Source: a virus
Lineage: Duplodnaviria > Caudoviricetes
DNA: 38,356 nt
Reading direction: 5' to 3' (one strand)
Virus record (IMG/VR): IMGVR_UViG_3300009154_000120
Span: 1-38,356 of that record
The translations under genes and the position numbers were made by a program. Below, piece by piece: positions 1 through 9,928 of this stretch. Each line of letters begins with the position of its first letter. The first letter of the stretch is position 1. The notes under the pieces are model-generated. The model made no database searches, was not told the DNA's origin, and was given only the letters and a program-made list of their open reading frames with translations.

Positions 1-804
1 ACCACTAAGAGCATCAGTAGCAAGTGATGACCATGCTGCCTTTTCATGTCGAAGGCCGCTGAATGAGAACCCACGAACCTTAACGCCACTGTTAAGAAGA
101 AACATAATATTTTCTTCTTGTCCAATAGGAAGTTTTAATTTAGTGACACGAAGATCATATCCATATAGGGCACAATTTTTTGGAATTTGTGTATTTGGTT
201 GAACTACATATTCACCAGGGTGAACAATAACAATGCAACTTTCACCAACGGCAGCGGCAGCAGCTAAAGCAGCGCCAATAGTTGCCTTTGACTTATACAC
301 ACTCGTGCCATTATTGCTATCATTTCCTCCCATTGTAACATAGAATGTACGTTCAATAGATTTATTTGGTGTAATTTGTGTTAGTAATGCTTGAAGAATG
401 CCAGTATTTGACCATCTTCCTGATGCAGTACCACCAACTTTTAAATAAAAGTCATTTTTAAGAACAACTGGATCATTATAAACAAGCGCAAGTGAATCAG
501 CAGCATAATTAAGATTATTATTAAGAATTTGTGTGTTGGCAACAAACCAATCAACTTTTCCAAGACCAGCAGCAGAAAGCACGTCAATGGCCGATTCAAG
601 ACCATTAACTTTTGGTAAATCTATATTACCATTAACAATTTTACCAAGTTTATCAACAGCAAACTTACTAAAACCTGCAATTTGCAGATCAATAAGTCGT
701 GAGTAAACAGCAGAGTTAATATCTGCTACATCCATTTTAATAGCGGTATACTGAAGACTATTATCGTCCCAAGTGTCCGTCATATTATAAATTTTAGTTG
801 TCAC
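1..804 (-). CDS. Tailspike / pectin-lyase-like beta-helix virion protein (5' part; runs off the left edge)
   Basis: Not in the ORF track. Own translation from GTG at 804 (GAGG RBS upstream) is open to the window edge: MTTKIYNMTDTWDD...RTFYVTMGGNDSNNGTSVYKSKATIGAALAAA...IVHPGEY...LYGYDLRVT. The YV-x-x-x-GND-x-N-x-G...TI-x-x-AL...V-x-PG-x-Y pattern is typical of the start of right-handed beta-helix domains. Confidence 0.75.
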   Translation of the reverse strand, partial: MTTKIYNMTDTWDDNSLQYTAIKMDVADINSAVYSRLIDLQIAGFSKFAVDKLGKIVNGNIDLPKVNGLESAIDVLSAAGLGKVDWFVANTQILNNNLNYAADSLALVYNDPVVLKNDFYLKVGGTASGRWSNTGILQALLTQITPNKSIERTFYVTMGGNDSNNGTSVYKSKATIGAALAAAAAVGESCIVIVHPGEYVVQPNTQIPKNCALYGYDLRVTKLKLPIGQEENIMFLLNSGVKVRGFSFSGLRHEKAAWSSLATDALSG

Positions 805-835
805 TCGTACTTCCTCTTATTTTTTATTCTTTATG

Positions 836-843
836 TATTTATT
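836..843 (-). promoter_or_regulatory. T4-type late promoter (AATAAATA)
   Basis: Variant of the gp55-dependent TATAAATA, intergenic, about 30 nt upstream of the GTG at 804. Confidence 0.5.
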
Positions 844-852
844 AAACTTATA

Positions 853-1224
853 TCAAGTATTCGGTGCTTTTGGCCAAACAACTTGATTAGGATCAGAAAA
901 AGTTGATGGAATATCTCTTAAAGCCTGTCTATATTCCGCCCATATTGTTTTATCACCAACCCAATCAGCTAGTTGAGTATAGTCACATTGTAAAAGCATT
1001 TTATTTCTTTTTTGTCTAATAAAATTCCATGTATAAACAGGAACTCTATCAACAAGAATTAATTGCCCATTTTCAACTACTATTTCTTTATTTTTATTAT
1101 TAATGGCATTAATGAAATATTCATGTTGATCATTTGTAATTTCAATTAAATCATCTGGTAATGTCGGATAATTTAATTGTAAATCATAAAAACTTTTTTC
1201 ACTATCACTATAAAAAATATTCAT
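853..1224 (-). CDS. Tail fibre assembly chaperone
   Basis: C-terminal IRQKRNKMLLQCDYTQLAD...WAEYRQALRDIP...VVWP motif of phage tail assembly chaperones; lies directly downstream of a fibre gene. Confidence 0.85.
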   Translation of the reverse strand: MNIFYSDSEKSFYDLQLNYPTLPDDLIEITNDQHEYFINAINNKNKEIVVENGQLILVDRVPVYTWNFIRQKRNKMLLQCDYTQLADWVGDKTIWAEYRQALRDIPSTFSDPNQVVWPKAPNT

Positions 1225-1225
1225 A

Positions 1226-2659
1226 TTACCAACCTATTGCAATATACCTATATCCGTATCCGCTATTTCCGCCACTTGATGCAGAATAAAATAGTTTAAA
1301 ATAATTTTCATAAATAAATGGTACTTGAACCCACATATCATTATTTACGTTATCAGAACCTCTAGGACTTGCGACTACAGATAGAACTTTATTAGGAAAT
1401 CTAATTTTATAAAAGACATTAACAGAGCCTTCTCCAGAAGAAACAGTACCATCATTGCCCCATTGTATAATTAAACCATTTGGAAGCTGTGTATAACCTT
1501 GAGAAGTGCCTCCAATAATTGTAAATGGAAAATTGCTCATGCTGACATCATCTGAGCCAAAAACACTATTATTACTGAACTCTGTAAGTTTTACATATGA
1601 ATTATTTGGGATCAAAATTTCCTTGGCATTAATTGTTCCATTTGACCCAAGAGTTATAGCACCTGTACCACCTTTATTTGCACTATAAATTTTAACACCA
1701 TTTGTGAAACGATGTGAAGCAAAACCATCATTTAAGTCTACAATGTCACCATCACCAGACAGAATAATACCACCACCAGAGGTATTGTCAGTCGATATGG
1801 ATAGACTTTTTGCTAATGAGGCAGACGTAGCAGAAATACTATTGGACCATTCCCAATTTCCTAGATTATTAATTGTGGCAGTGCCATAAACAGATTCTGC
1901 AAGATAATCAGTAATTCTTAATTTTGCAGTTCCACCATTTGCGGCACGAATATTTACGCCACCATATGCTCCTGTAGCAGGAGTGGTCGATTCAATATAA
2001 CCAAGAGTACGAAATTCAGTATTACTCAGTGTGAAAAAATTATCACCAGTAATAGAATATGTTGTTGATGTTAATGTAGTAAATGCACCAGTATTTGGAA
2101 AAAGATTGCCGATAGCAGCAGGAGATTGCCATGTTTTTGATAAAAGAGTTGCTGCATTGGCAGAATTTAGTGTGGCAATATATGCTGAATTCACAGAAAC
2201 GCCGCTGCCACTAACTGAAATGCCAGTAGCTGCTTTTACAGATAATAATCCAGTAGTTGTTATCTCACCACTAAGCCCATCGCCACCCTGAACTTTTGTA
2301 ACAGTACCAAGACCAGAATTAGTCCAATATAGACCTGTTGTGCCGATAGCTAAGATTTGACCTGTTGTACCAATTGTGTTATTAGCAACAATCTTAATAT
2401 TTGGTCCAAAAGTAAATGATGTTGTATTTGCATAGATACCATCACCAACTTGAAAAGTTTCTGATGAATAAAATGTATTTGTATTAAATCTACCATAAAG
2501 AGTAGAATTTCGTTTATTGGTAGGCGTACCAGTAACACCGCTAGTACTATTAGCAGTTAGAACTTCATTAGAAAATGCTTCTAAAAGTTGATTGGTACGT
2601 GAAATCCACGAACCAAATGTATCCACTTGAATGTCAACGTTCGCAACTTGTCTAGCCAT
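1226..2659 (-). CDS. Tail fibre protein
   Basis: N-terminal DTF-x-x-W-x-x-RTN virion-attachment motif, Gly/Thr/Ser-rich shaft, and C-terminal GYTQLPNGLIIQWG...F-x-x-x-FPN...YIAIGW fibre tip domain. Confidence 0.85.
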   Translation of the reverse strand: MARQVANVDIQVDTFGSWISRTNQLLEAFSNEVLTANSTSGVTGTPTNKRNSTLYGRFNTNTFYSSETFQVGDGIYANTTSFTFGPNIKIVANNTIGTTGQILAIGTTGLYWTNSGLGTVTKVQGGDGLSGEITTTGLLSVKAATGISVSGSGVSVNSAYIATLNSANAATLLSKTWQSPAAIGNLFPNTGAFTTLTSTTYSITGDNFFTLSNTEFRTLGYIESTTPATGAYGGVNIRAANGGTAKLRITDYLAESVYGTATINNLGNWEWSNSISATSASLAKSLSISTDNTSGGGIILSGDGDIVDLNDGFASHRFTNGVKIYSANKGGTGAITLGSNGTINAKEILIPNNSYVKLTEFSNNSVFGSDDVSMSNFPFTIIGGTSQGYTQLPNGLIIQWGNDGTVSSGEGSVNVFYKIRFPNKVLSVVASPRGSDNVNNDMWVQVPFIYENYFKLFYSASSGGNSGYGYRYIAIGW

Positions 2660-2846
2660 AATTCTTTCCGTTTAATACTTGTTTAAGTAAATTTTTAATT
2701 TCTGTGAGTTCGCACTCTAGGCAATCCATTTTTTCCTGAAAGTTATCAGCTTTCTTTTTTTCTTCACGCCTTACCAAAATCATTTTATAATAGTTATCAT
2801 CTTTATTTATAATGGCTCCAGTACTGTCATCTCTTATAAATGTCAT
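2652..2846 (-). CDS. Small coiled-coil protein typically found downstream of VrlC-like genes in T4-like phages
   Basis: RD-x-x-TGAIIN motif followed by a coiled coil (ELTEIKNLLKQVL); overlaps both neighbours, suggesting translational coupling. Confidence 0.75.
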   Translation of the reverse strand: MTFIRDDSTGAIINKDDNYYKMILVRREEKKKADNFQEKMDCLECELTEIKNLLKQVLNGKNYG

Positions 2847-5470
2847 GCTGAAACGCCTAATACTTGTATTTGATCAATCTTTGGAATGATAAATGTTGAG
2901 TCTGATAAAAATACAATCTTGATTTGCATGGAATCAAAGCTATCAATCTCAACAAGAGCATCATTATAGTATCTTGAGATATTGTTGTTCATTGGATTAT
3001 TGAACGCAATATTTGGATATTTAACCTTTGCAACTGTCATACCACTGCTAGCAACATTATTACTTGAGATTGCTGATCCAAGAATTATTGATCCAGTACC
3101 AACTTCTTTAGCAACTGCAATCGTATAATTCTGTGGAAAAATTGAACTATAAATTTTAACAACATCATTGTTTGCAAGATATGATGTTGGATTGACATTA
3201 GCAGCCAACACAGTCGCACTGGCATAGGTTGTTTTAAACACGCCAGGGATATCAATAGATTCTGAAGCAGCAGGAATTCCTAGTTCATATTCAATGAAAT
3301 CATTTTGATCTTCACTTGAGCTATAAATGTTTGTACTTGTAACATATTCAAGTGGTGTCCATGACTTGTCATCAAATGGCTCTGGGTCTTGTGAATTGTG
3401 CACCTTAGCATAGACCTTGATATCTGTTCCTAATGGACGATATGCTGTCATGAACATACGAATATCTTCAGCAAAATGTTCCTTGGTAAAATCAACCTTC
3501 TTGGCAATATGACGAGCAATAGCAGAACCATTGCCATTAACTTCGCTATCATATGATACGCCGCCTACAGACACAATATAATTATTTGAAACTAAATTCT
3601 TCATTGAATAAAGATCAATCTGTCCACTTTCGATTGAAGGCGAAGTATAGAAATTTGATTCTGATGTATTTAATTGGAGATGTGCATTAATTTTAACAGA
3701 CTTATTACTTAACAATAAGTTTGTATTGCTGTATAGATTATTATTAAAAATTTCTTGTGAGCGTGAAAGAATATGTGCATCATATTTAGTAAGATTCTTT
3801 ACACGGACATCATTAATTTCAACTCTTTCCTCATTATTTGAGAAGCTATATGTGTCGCCAGATTTAGCAGCAGCCGAAAAGTTGATATCGACCTTACCAG
3901 CCGCAGATGTTTTGATGTCGCCCTTCATTTTAATTCTGTCAATAGAAAGTGCGTCAATAGAACTAATAGTAGCTGATGCATTTGAATCAATTCCTACAAG
4001 CGTACTGGCCACATCAAAGTATGAAGTATTTGCTGTTGAATAATTCAAATAAAGCTTGTTATTCAACTCATCCTTATAATATACTTTACCAACAACTGTA
4101 TTGAGATAACTAGCATTGACATTTGTAAATGGAACTGGATTTTTTGTTGTCATAATTGTATTGTTTGATACAGATTTAACAAAAACAACTTCTTTCTTGG
4201 TCCCATCACCAAAAACAACAATAGGATCACCCTCTACAAATGTAGTAAAGGTTGTTCCAGTGCCCTTAATAATATTTGAGCCTCTGACCACTGATATAAG
4301 CCCACTATTGAATGTTCCATTTTTATATGCCCATTCACCACCAATAAAGTTGCCTGTACGACCACTTATTGTGAAGAATTCATAATTAGCATTAACAAAT
4401 GTCTTGGTGGTTTGAGTTTCAGTATACTTAGCAGCATTTACCTTAAATTTAAGATCAGTATCAGATAATGATTTGAACACATTTGAATTATTCTTAAGAT
4501 AAATCTTGCCGTCCTTGACAATATTACTACCCGGTGAAGGATTATTAGTACCAACAAGCTTATCACCTGTCTTATTTACCCAGAATTCATATGAAGGATC
4601 ATCACATGAAATAACAATACCATAAAATTTACCTGTAGTAAGCTTAATTGGCTTATTGAAACCAAATGTTACAGGAGTAGAAGCATCGCCAAACGCATAT
4701 ATTTCATCATATTCTTTTCTTGATATTGATGAAATATAGCACTTTGAAAGAACTGGTTCATCATTTTCAACATCACAAATTTTTATAGTGACCCCAGGTT
4801 TTGGATTTCCTGAAATATTTTTTGTTGGGTTTGGCTTTGCCTTGACATAAAGATCAATTGATGTAATTGATACTTGACTTGACTTACCTACAACATCAGG
4901 ATCAGCATAGAATGTTTGGATTACATTATATTCTGGTGTAGTAAAGTAATCTGACATTGAGGTAGATGTTGACGTAGAAGTTGCAATAGGAGTATTCTGC
5001 AAAGCTACCTGACCAGCAACAGGGGTCTTCTTGAAGTATAAATCCATTGCTTCACGCACATATAAAGGAAGTACGATGTCAACAGTTGCAATAGAAGATT
5101 GATCTGATGTTTTTATTGTAAGCGTTTTTGGTCCAGCAATTAATGAAGCAATTGCTGCTGATTTTTCTATATCAGTTGTTGGAATGATCGATGGCGAAAA
5201 GTAGAAGGTAAATGTAATCATGCCAAATAGATTTGACAGAAGCCCTTCGCCCAATAGACGGCTATCCTGTTTACAAATATCAGTAACATCTACGCCTTCA
5301 AGATATACTTTATGAATAGCGCCGGGTTTTAACCCATATAATGTGGTCTGAATTGCTTGTTCAGCAAGGATATAGTTAGAGTTAATAAATTTTGTAGGAA
5401 ACAACTTAGGAATACCATAGGCACCTAAGTTGTTATAATAATACAGTGAGTTTAAAATATTAATAGCCAT
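2843..5470 (-). CDS. VrlC/DUF4815-like virion structural protein, C-terminal half
   Basis: Motifs GLKP...EG-x-DV-x-x-x-C, IQTF...ITS-x-DLY-x-K-x-K and AYRP-x-GTDIKVYAK...EY, which normally make up the C-terminal part of VrlC-type proteins. Confidence 0.75.
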   Translation of the reverse strand: MAINILNSLYYYNNLGAYGIPKLFPTKFINSNYILAEQAIQTTLYGLKPGAIHKVYLEGVDVTDICKQDSRLLGEGLLSNLFGMITFTFYFSPSIIPTTDIEKSAAIASLIAGPKTLTIKTSDQSSIATVDIVLPLYVREAMDLYFKKTPVAGQVALQNTPIATSTSTSTSMSDYFTTPEYNVIQTFYADPDVVGKSSQVSITSIDLYVKAKPNPTKNISGNPKPGVTIKICDVENDEPVLSKCYISSISRKEYDEIYAFGDASTPVTFGFNKPIKLTTGKFYGIVISCDDPSYEFWVNKTGDKLVGTNNPSPGSNIVKDGKIYLKNNSNVFKSLSDTDLKFKVNAAKYTETQTTKTFVNANYEFFTISGRTGNFIGGEWAYKNGTFNSGLISVVRGSNIIKGTGTTFTTFVEGDPIVVFGDGTKKEVVFVKSVSNNTIMTTKNPVPFTNVNASYLNTVVGKVYYKDELNNKLYLNYSTANTSYFDVASTLVGIDSNASATISSIDALSIDRIKMKGDIKTSAAGKVDINFSAAAKSGDTYSFSNNEERVEINDVRVKNLTKYDAHILSRSQEIFNNNLYSNTNLLLSNKSVKINAHLQLNTSESNFYTSPSIESGQIDLYSMKNLVSNNYIVSVGGVSYDSEVNGNGSAIARHIAKKVDFTKEHFAEDIRMFMTAYRPLGTDIKVYAKVHNSQDPEPFDDKSWTPLEYVTSTNIYSSSEDQNDFIEYELGIPAASESIDIPGVFKTTYASATVLAANVNPTSYLANNDVVKIYSSIFPQNYTIAVAKEVGTGSIILGSAISSNNVASSGMTVAKVKYPNIAFNNPMNNNISRYYNDALVEIDSFDSMQIKIVFLSDSTFIIPKIDQIQVLGVSA

Positions 5471-5507
5471 TGCTCTAACTTAACCTTTATAGAAAATAAT
5501 ATGAATA

Positions 5508-8500
5508 TTATGGCAACACATAGCCATGTCCAAGATAACCTGATTGCGACTGAATATAATTTATATATGGTTCACGCAATAGAAGATTAATCTCAGTATC
5601 TGATGGATATACTAGCTTATAACCAAATGTACCAGAAGCACCTTGTCCACCAAAGAAACCGCCATGATTTCGTCCTTTATATATTCTTACCTTATAATAT
5701 TGTCCCTTAGTAGGATCATGTGTGAACAATACCTTAAATTGATCTTCAATAAACCCGCCAACTGGTCCATAATTCTTTCTTTCCAGATAACCTAGATGCT
5801 CAATATTTCTATTACCATTTAGGCTTAGCTGACGATTTATGATATCTGTGCTGGTAATTGCAGCGGCATTAAATGATGATTTTACAGATAACCATGGACC
5901 ATCTGAAGTCTTACTCTGGAAGAATTCAGCAGCAATATTATTATCACGTGAATTGATATAAAACTCTACAGGACCAGTTAATGAAGAGAAGGTATAAAAG
6001 AATTCTTCATAAACATATGGTGATTTATCACTATTTGCACGGTTACGTTCGTTCTGTACCACTCCGACAATTCTCTGTGTTACAGTTGGAACTGGAGGAA
6101 CTGCTACTACAGGACCATCAGTTGCACGTGTCTGAGCAGTAAATACAATTTCATTATATGGAAGTTCTAGAGTTGAATCAGGTGTTTGTGTAATAATATT
6201 AATTTCATCTAGAGGTGGCGATAGATATCCATCAACAATAGTTGCTCTATATGCAGGATTTGAAAGATCGGAATATTTATAGTCTTCAAACCCATCGACA
6301 AAGAAACCGAATTTGAAACGATCAGTGCCATCAAAACTAGGAATTACACGCTTTTGAGCAAGCGCCTCAGTAAGAGTTAGTGAAGTATAATATTCTAGGT
6401 CTTGAATTCTTTTTTCAAGCTTACCAATTTGCTCCATGGTATAACCACGTGGCTGTGTAATCAGGTTATCAACCGCAGTTAAGGTAGTCTTAATTCTGTA
6501 GTTTTCAAGACGATTAGAAGAATATTTTTCATTTGCAATTTTTGTATCTACTATCGCAACAGTTTCTGGTGATAACTGATATGGAACTGAAGGATACGGT
6601 GGAACCTTTAGAAGATTGACAGTAAGTGCATTATCTGGCTGTGATGGCTCAATATTAGTACCAGCTTGACCTTTAATAACGTGAAATGCGTTTGTTTCGT
6701 CAATTACAACACGATCAATACGACCTTGATAGTATTCAACAATAGAAGTTAACTGAGAATCTGGCGCAGGAAAAAACTTGTTTGTTGTATTTGAAAAACG
6801 TAAACCAGCAGTCTGTTCTAGTGGATTGACTGGAGCTGAAGCTGGAAGTACAGTTGGAGTTGCAGTTTTAACTGAATATGGACGGAAATCAAACTGATCA
6901 CGAAGATCATAATATGTTCCTCTATTGCCATATACTTCAGGAATTTCAAGAGTATTTATTGTTGTTGTCGAACCGTTCAAAGAAAGAGCATCATTAATAA
7001 AGTATGTACCAGAATCTCCTCCAACTTTTACACCTTCACTTGTCACTGAGAAGTAATTAATAGAAGCTAGAAGAAAATCATTGATGTCAATTACCAAACT
7101 TGAATTTGGTTTTTTTACAAGGTATGAAATGCCGTAAAAGTCTTCATTTTGATTATGATCAACATAGAAATGCTGTGTTACATCTTCAACATTAGCGTCA
7201 GTTGGAGTAAAAATTGGATTTTTTCCTTTATACACCTTATTCAGGCGATAAACATCAGGAACTCCAAGTGCCCATGGTCCACTGTTTGCACTAACGTTTG
7301 TGGCCGTATTAATACGAACATACTTATCTTTATTAACAGTCTTAGCAACAGCAGTTGCATTCTGCCTAACATTATATGAGACAGATGCTTGAACTGCAAC
7401 ATTTGTTGTCATATTCATTGTGACTGTTAGAAGCTTATTTGTTGCATCGACAACCATTGTTCTATCAGTACGATCAAACGAAATTGGAACATTTTTAGGG
7501 AACATTAAGCTATATGTGCCAGTTGTAATAGCAGTAGCAGCATTTGATACTAAAACAAGCTGGGTTGAATTTGCAACGTAACTAACTTGACCAAGATAAC
7601 CAGTACTTACGGTCAAGAAGTCTCCAGCACGAATTTGATTTACAAAATTGGTAGAAGTGCCATTGACAAAAGTTGATGTAGTCAATGATGTGACACTACC
7701 AGTAAGATCAGTAGTATTCTTAAATGTTGCAAGTGGAGTAATAATTACTTCTTTTTCTTGCACACTATTAAGTGATCCAGTATAAGGAAAAACACCATCT
7801 GCAAGTGAAATGGTCATCTGACCAGTTGTAGCAAGATTAAAGTTATTAACAGTGCGATAGATATATGAAATGTTATTTGCCTTCTTCACCGCTGGATTAC
7901 CAGCATAGAAGATAAGTGAAGAAATATCATTGTCCTTTAGAACGGCATTGCCATTCTCTAAAACGATGTCGGCAATTCCCTTATTTGTTCCATTATAAAA
8001 GATTGAACGAAGTGATGAGAAGTTTGTGCCGACAGATAGATTGATATCAAATAGATAAATTCTATATGAACCAGAAGCACTGCCAATAGTTCCAGAATCA
8101 TAAACAACCGAACGAATACGTGCAGTACCAACTGATGCTGATGGTGCAGAAGGAGTTGAACCAGCAAGACCAGCAGTATAATATTGATATGCAGTGGTAT
8201 GCAGAGTTACAAGATCGCCATAATTAAACTGGAAACTTCCCCCATATTCTTTAACAGTAACATAGTTGCCATAGTTAAGTGAGATATTTGCAGGATTAGC
8301 TGCATAGTAATCAGTACCTTTATCTACACCAATTTCATAGTTATTATTTGTTGATACACGCTTACCATTGATATAAGCAACGCCGGGGTCAATAAACACA
8401 CTAAATTGTGATGCTTCTGAAGCAAAATTAGTAGGAGACTTAGTATTTAATAAGAATTTATCAATTACATAGTTGCCAGATGTCTCATATTGACGTTGAG

Positions 8501-9911
8501 CAATATAGTTACCAATCTTGTTATATACTGTCTGACGATTTTGCTTATATGGTTCTCCACCACTAAATTCTGCAATGTATAGAAAATCTTCACGTAAGTC
8601 AGCTTCAGCCTTTGTCAATGTGACAAGCTTAGGAGTTAGTTGCAGACGATTAGCACCCGGCGCACTATAGTTAGGCGCACCAGTTGCATTGTCAAGCAGC
8701 GAAGTATCTTGATTAGAATTAATGATTGCTTCATTAGTTTCAAAACCAACCGAAACACCATCAGGCGCATTTGAGTATTTTTCAACGATAACCAATTCAG
8801 GCGCAACACGTGAGAAATAGCCCTTCTGATAGATAACACCTTCACCAACAGTTATAGCATAACCAGAACCAACAGGTATTTCACCAGCGCCAGCAATAGT
8901 AATATTTGTTAGATAATTCTGTGCTGTAAAATTGGCAATTGAAATTTGATTTTGAGGTGCTGTAGTTGATGAAACGGCAACATAAGGTTGAATGTAATAA
9001 CCACTGCCCTTCTGTGTTACGTTCACACTCTTGATAATTCCTAAAGGACCAAGAACAAGAGATGCACGTGCACCATTACCAATAACCTCAGTAATAGTAG
9101 CAAGGCTTGATGGAGTTGGATTAGTTGTCTGTACTATGTTTCCAGAACCAAATGTCCATTTGGCAGAATCACCTGCTGCAAGATCAGATGCTTTTGGTTT
9201 AATCTTTAGAATGACCGCTTGGTTGTTTGTTGTTGTATCAATAGCAATAATCTGACAGTTTGCAGTGCCGTTAGTGACATAATCACCTACATAGAAATTA
9301 TTTGTAAATGTTGTGCCAAATGTGCTATTCTGAATAGCAATAGCACTAACAATGGCAATACTATCACTTGTTGAAAACCCTTGTGCGCCATCATTAACTA
9401 TAATTTTTTCAATTACATTATCTGAATCATAAACAGTCAGAACTTCATCTGGATTGAACTTAAGTTGTTCAACAGTACCGCCCATGCCATCAGATTTAAA
9501 ACCTGAATTTACATAGCGAATGTATAGTGTATTGAGGTCTGGTGATTGAGATTCATAACCAGCAACAGCAGTAACAACTGTACCCACAAGAGGAACAACG
9601 TCTGCGGAATTTTTTACGTTGTATCCTTTGTATTTTGAAACTACGACAGGAGTTTGATCAGTTTCAGCATCCTTAATCTTAACAAACTGAAAATTATTAT
9701 TGAAGATGATATCACACCCATCAACAATTGTACCAGCTTTGAAGATATTGTCACCGAAGCGTTCGATCTGCTTTTGTAGGAGTGTCTGAAGCTGATTTAG
9801 TTCACGAGCCTGAACAGACACGCCTGGGCGGAAAAGAATTTTATAGAAATCCTTTGTCTCGCTGTAATCGTCAAAATATGGTGACACACTTAAGTCTGTT
9901 TGAATAGACAT
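5508..9911 (-). CDS. VrlC/DUF4815-like virion structural protein, N-terminal part
   Basis: TDLSVSPYFDDY...KILFRPGVSVQARELNQLQ N-terminus, LLDNATGAPNYSAPGANRL, and YTMEQIGKLEKRIQDLEYYTSL...RFKFGFFVDGF. Confidence 0.85.
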   Translation of the reverse strand: MSIQTDLSVSPYFDDYSETKDFYKILFRPGVSVQARELNQLQTLLQKQIERFGDNIFKAGTIVDGCDIIFNNNFQFVKIKDAETDQTPVVVSKYKGYNVKNSADVVPLVGTVVTAVAGYESQSPDLNTLYIRYVNSGFKSDGMGGTVEQLKFNPDEVLTVYDSDNVIEKIIVNDGAQGFSTSDSIAIVSAIAIQNSTFGTTFTNNFYVGDYVTNGTANCQIIAIDTTTNNQAVILKIKPKASDLAAGDSAKWTFGSGNIVQTTNPTPSSLATITEVIGNGARASLVLGPLGIIKSVNVTQKGSGYYIQPYVAVSSTTAPQNQISIANFTAQNYLTNITIAGAGEIPVGSGYAITVGEGVIYQKGYFSRVAPELVIVEKYSNAPDGVSVGFETNEAIINSNQDTSLLDNATGAPNYSAPGANRLQLTPKLVTLTKAEADLREDFLYIAEFSGGEPYKQNRQTVYNKIGNYIAQRQYETSGNYVIDKFLLNTKSPTNFASEASQFSVFIDPGVAYINGKRVSTNNNYEIGVDKGTDYYAANPANISLNYGNYVTVKEYGGSFQFNYGDLVTLHTTAYQYYTAGLAGSTPSAPSASVGTARIRSVVYDSGTIGSASGSYRIYLFDINLSVGTNFSSLRSIFYNGTNKGIADIVLENGNAVLKDNDISSLIFYAGNPAVKKANNISYIYRTVNNFNLATTGQMTISLADGVFPYTGSLNSVQEKEVIITPLATFKNTTDLTGSVTSLTTSTFVNGTSTNFVNQIRAGDFLTVSTGYLGQVSYVANSTQLVLVSNAATAITTGTYSLMFPKNVPISFDRTDRTMVVDATNKLLTVTMNMTTNVAVQASVSYNVRQNATAVAKTVNKDKYVRINTATNVSANSGPWALGVPDVYRLNKVYKGKNPIFTPTDANVEDVTQHFYVDHNQNEDFYGISYLVKKPNSSLVIDINDFLLASINYFSVTSEGVKVGGDSGTYFINDALSLNGSTTTINTLEIPEVYGNRGTYYDLRDQFDFRPYSVKTATPTVLPASAPVNPLEQTAGLRFSNTTNKFFPAPDSQLTSIVEYYQGRIDRVVIDETNAFHVIKGQAGTNIEPSQPDNALTVNLLKVPPYPSVPYQLSPETVAIVDTKIANEKYSSNRLENYRIKTTLTAVDNLITQPRGYTMEQIGKLEKRIQDLEYYTSLTLTEALAQKRVIPSFDGTDRFKFGFFVDGFEDYKYSDLSNPAYRATIVDGYLSPPLDEINIITQTPDSTLELPYNEIVFTAQTRATDGPVVAVPPVPTVTQRIVGVVQNERNRANSDKSPYVYEEFFYTFSSLTGPVEFYINSRDNNIAAEFFQSKTSDGPWLSVKSSFNAAAITSTDIINRQLSLNGNRNIEHLGYLERKNYGPVGGFIEDQFKVLFTHDPTKGQYYKVRIYKGRNHGGFFGGQGASGTFGYKLVYPSDTEINLLLREPYINYIQSQSGYLGHGYVLP

Positions 9912-9928
9912 TTAATTAAAGACTCCGC

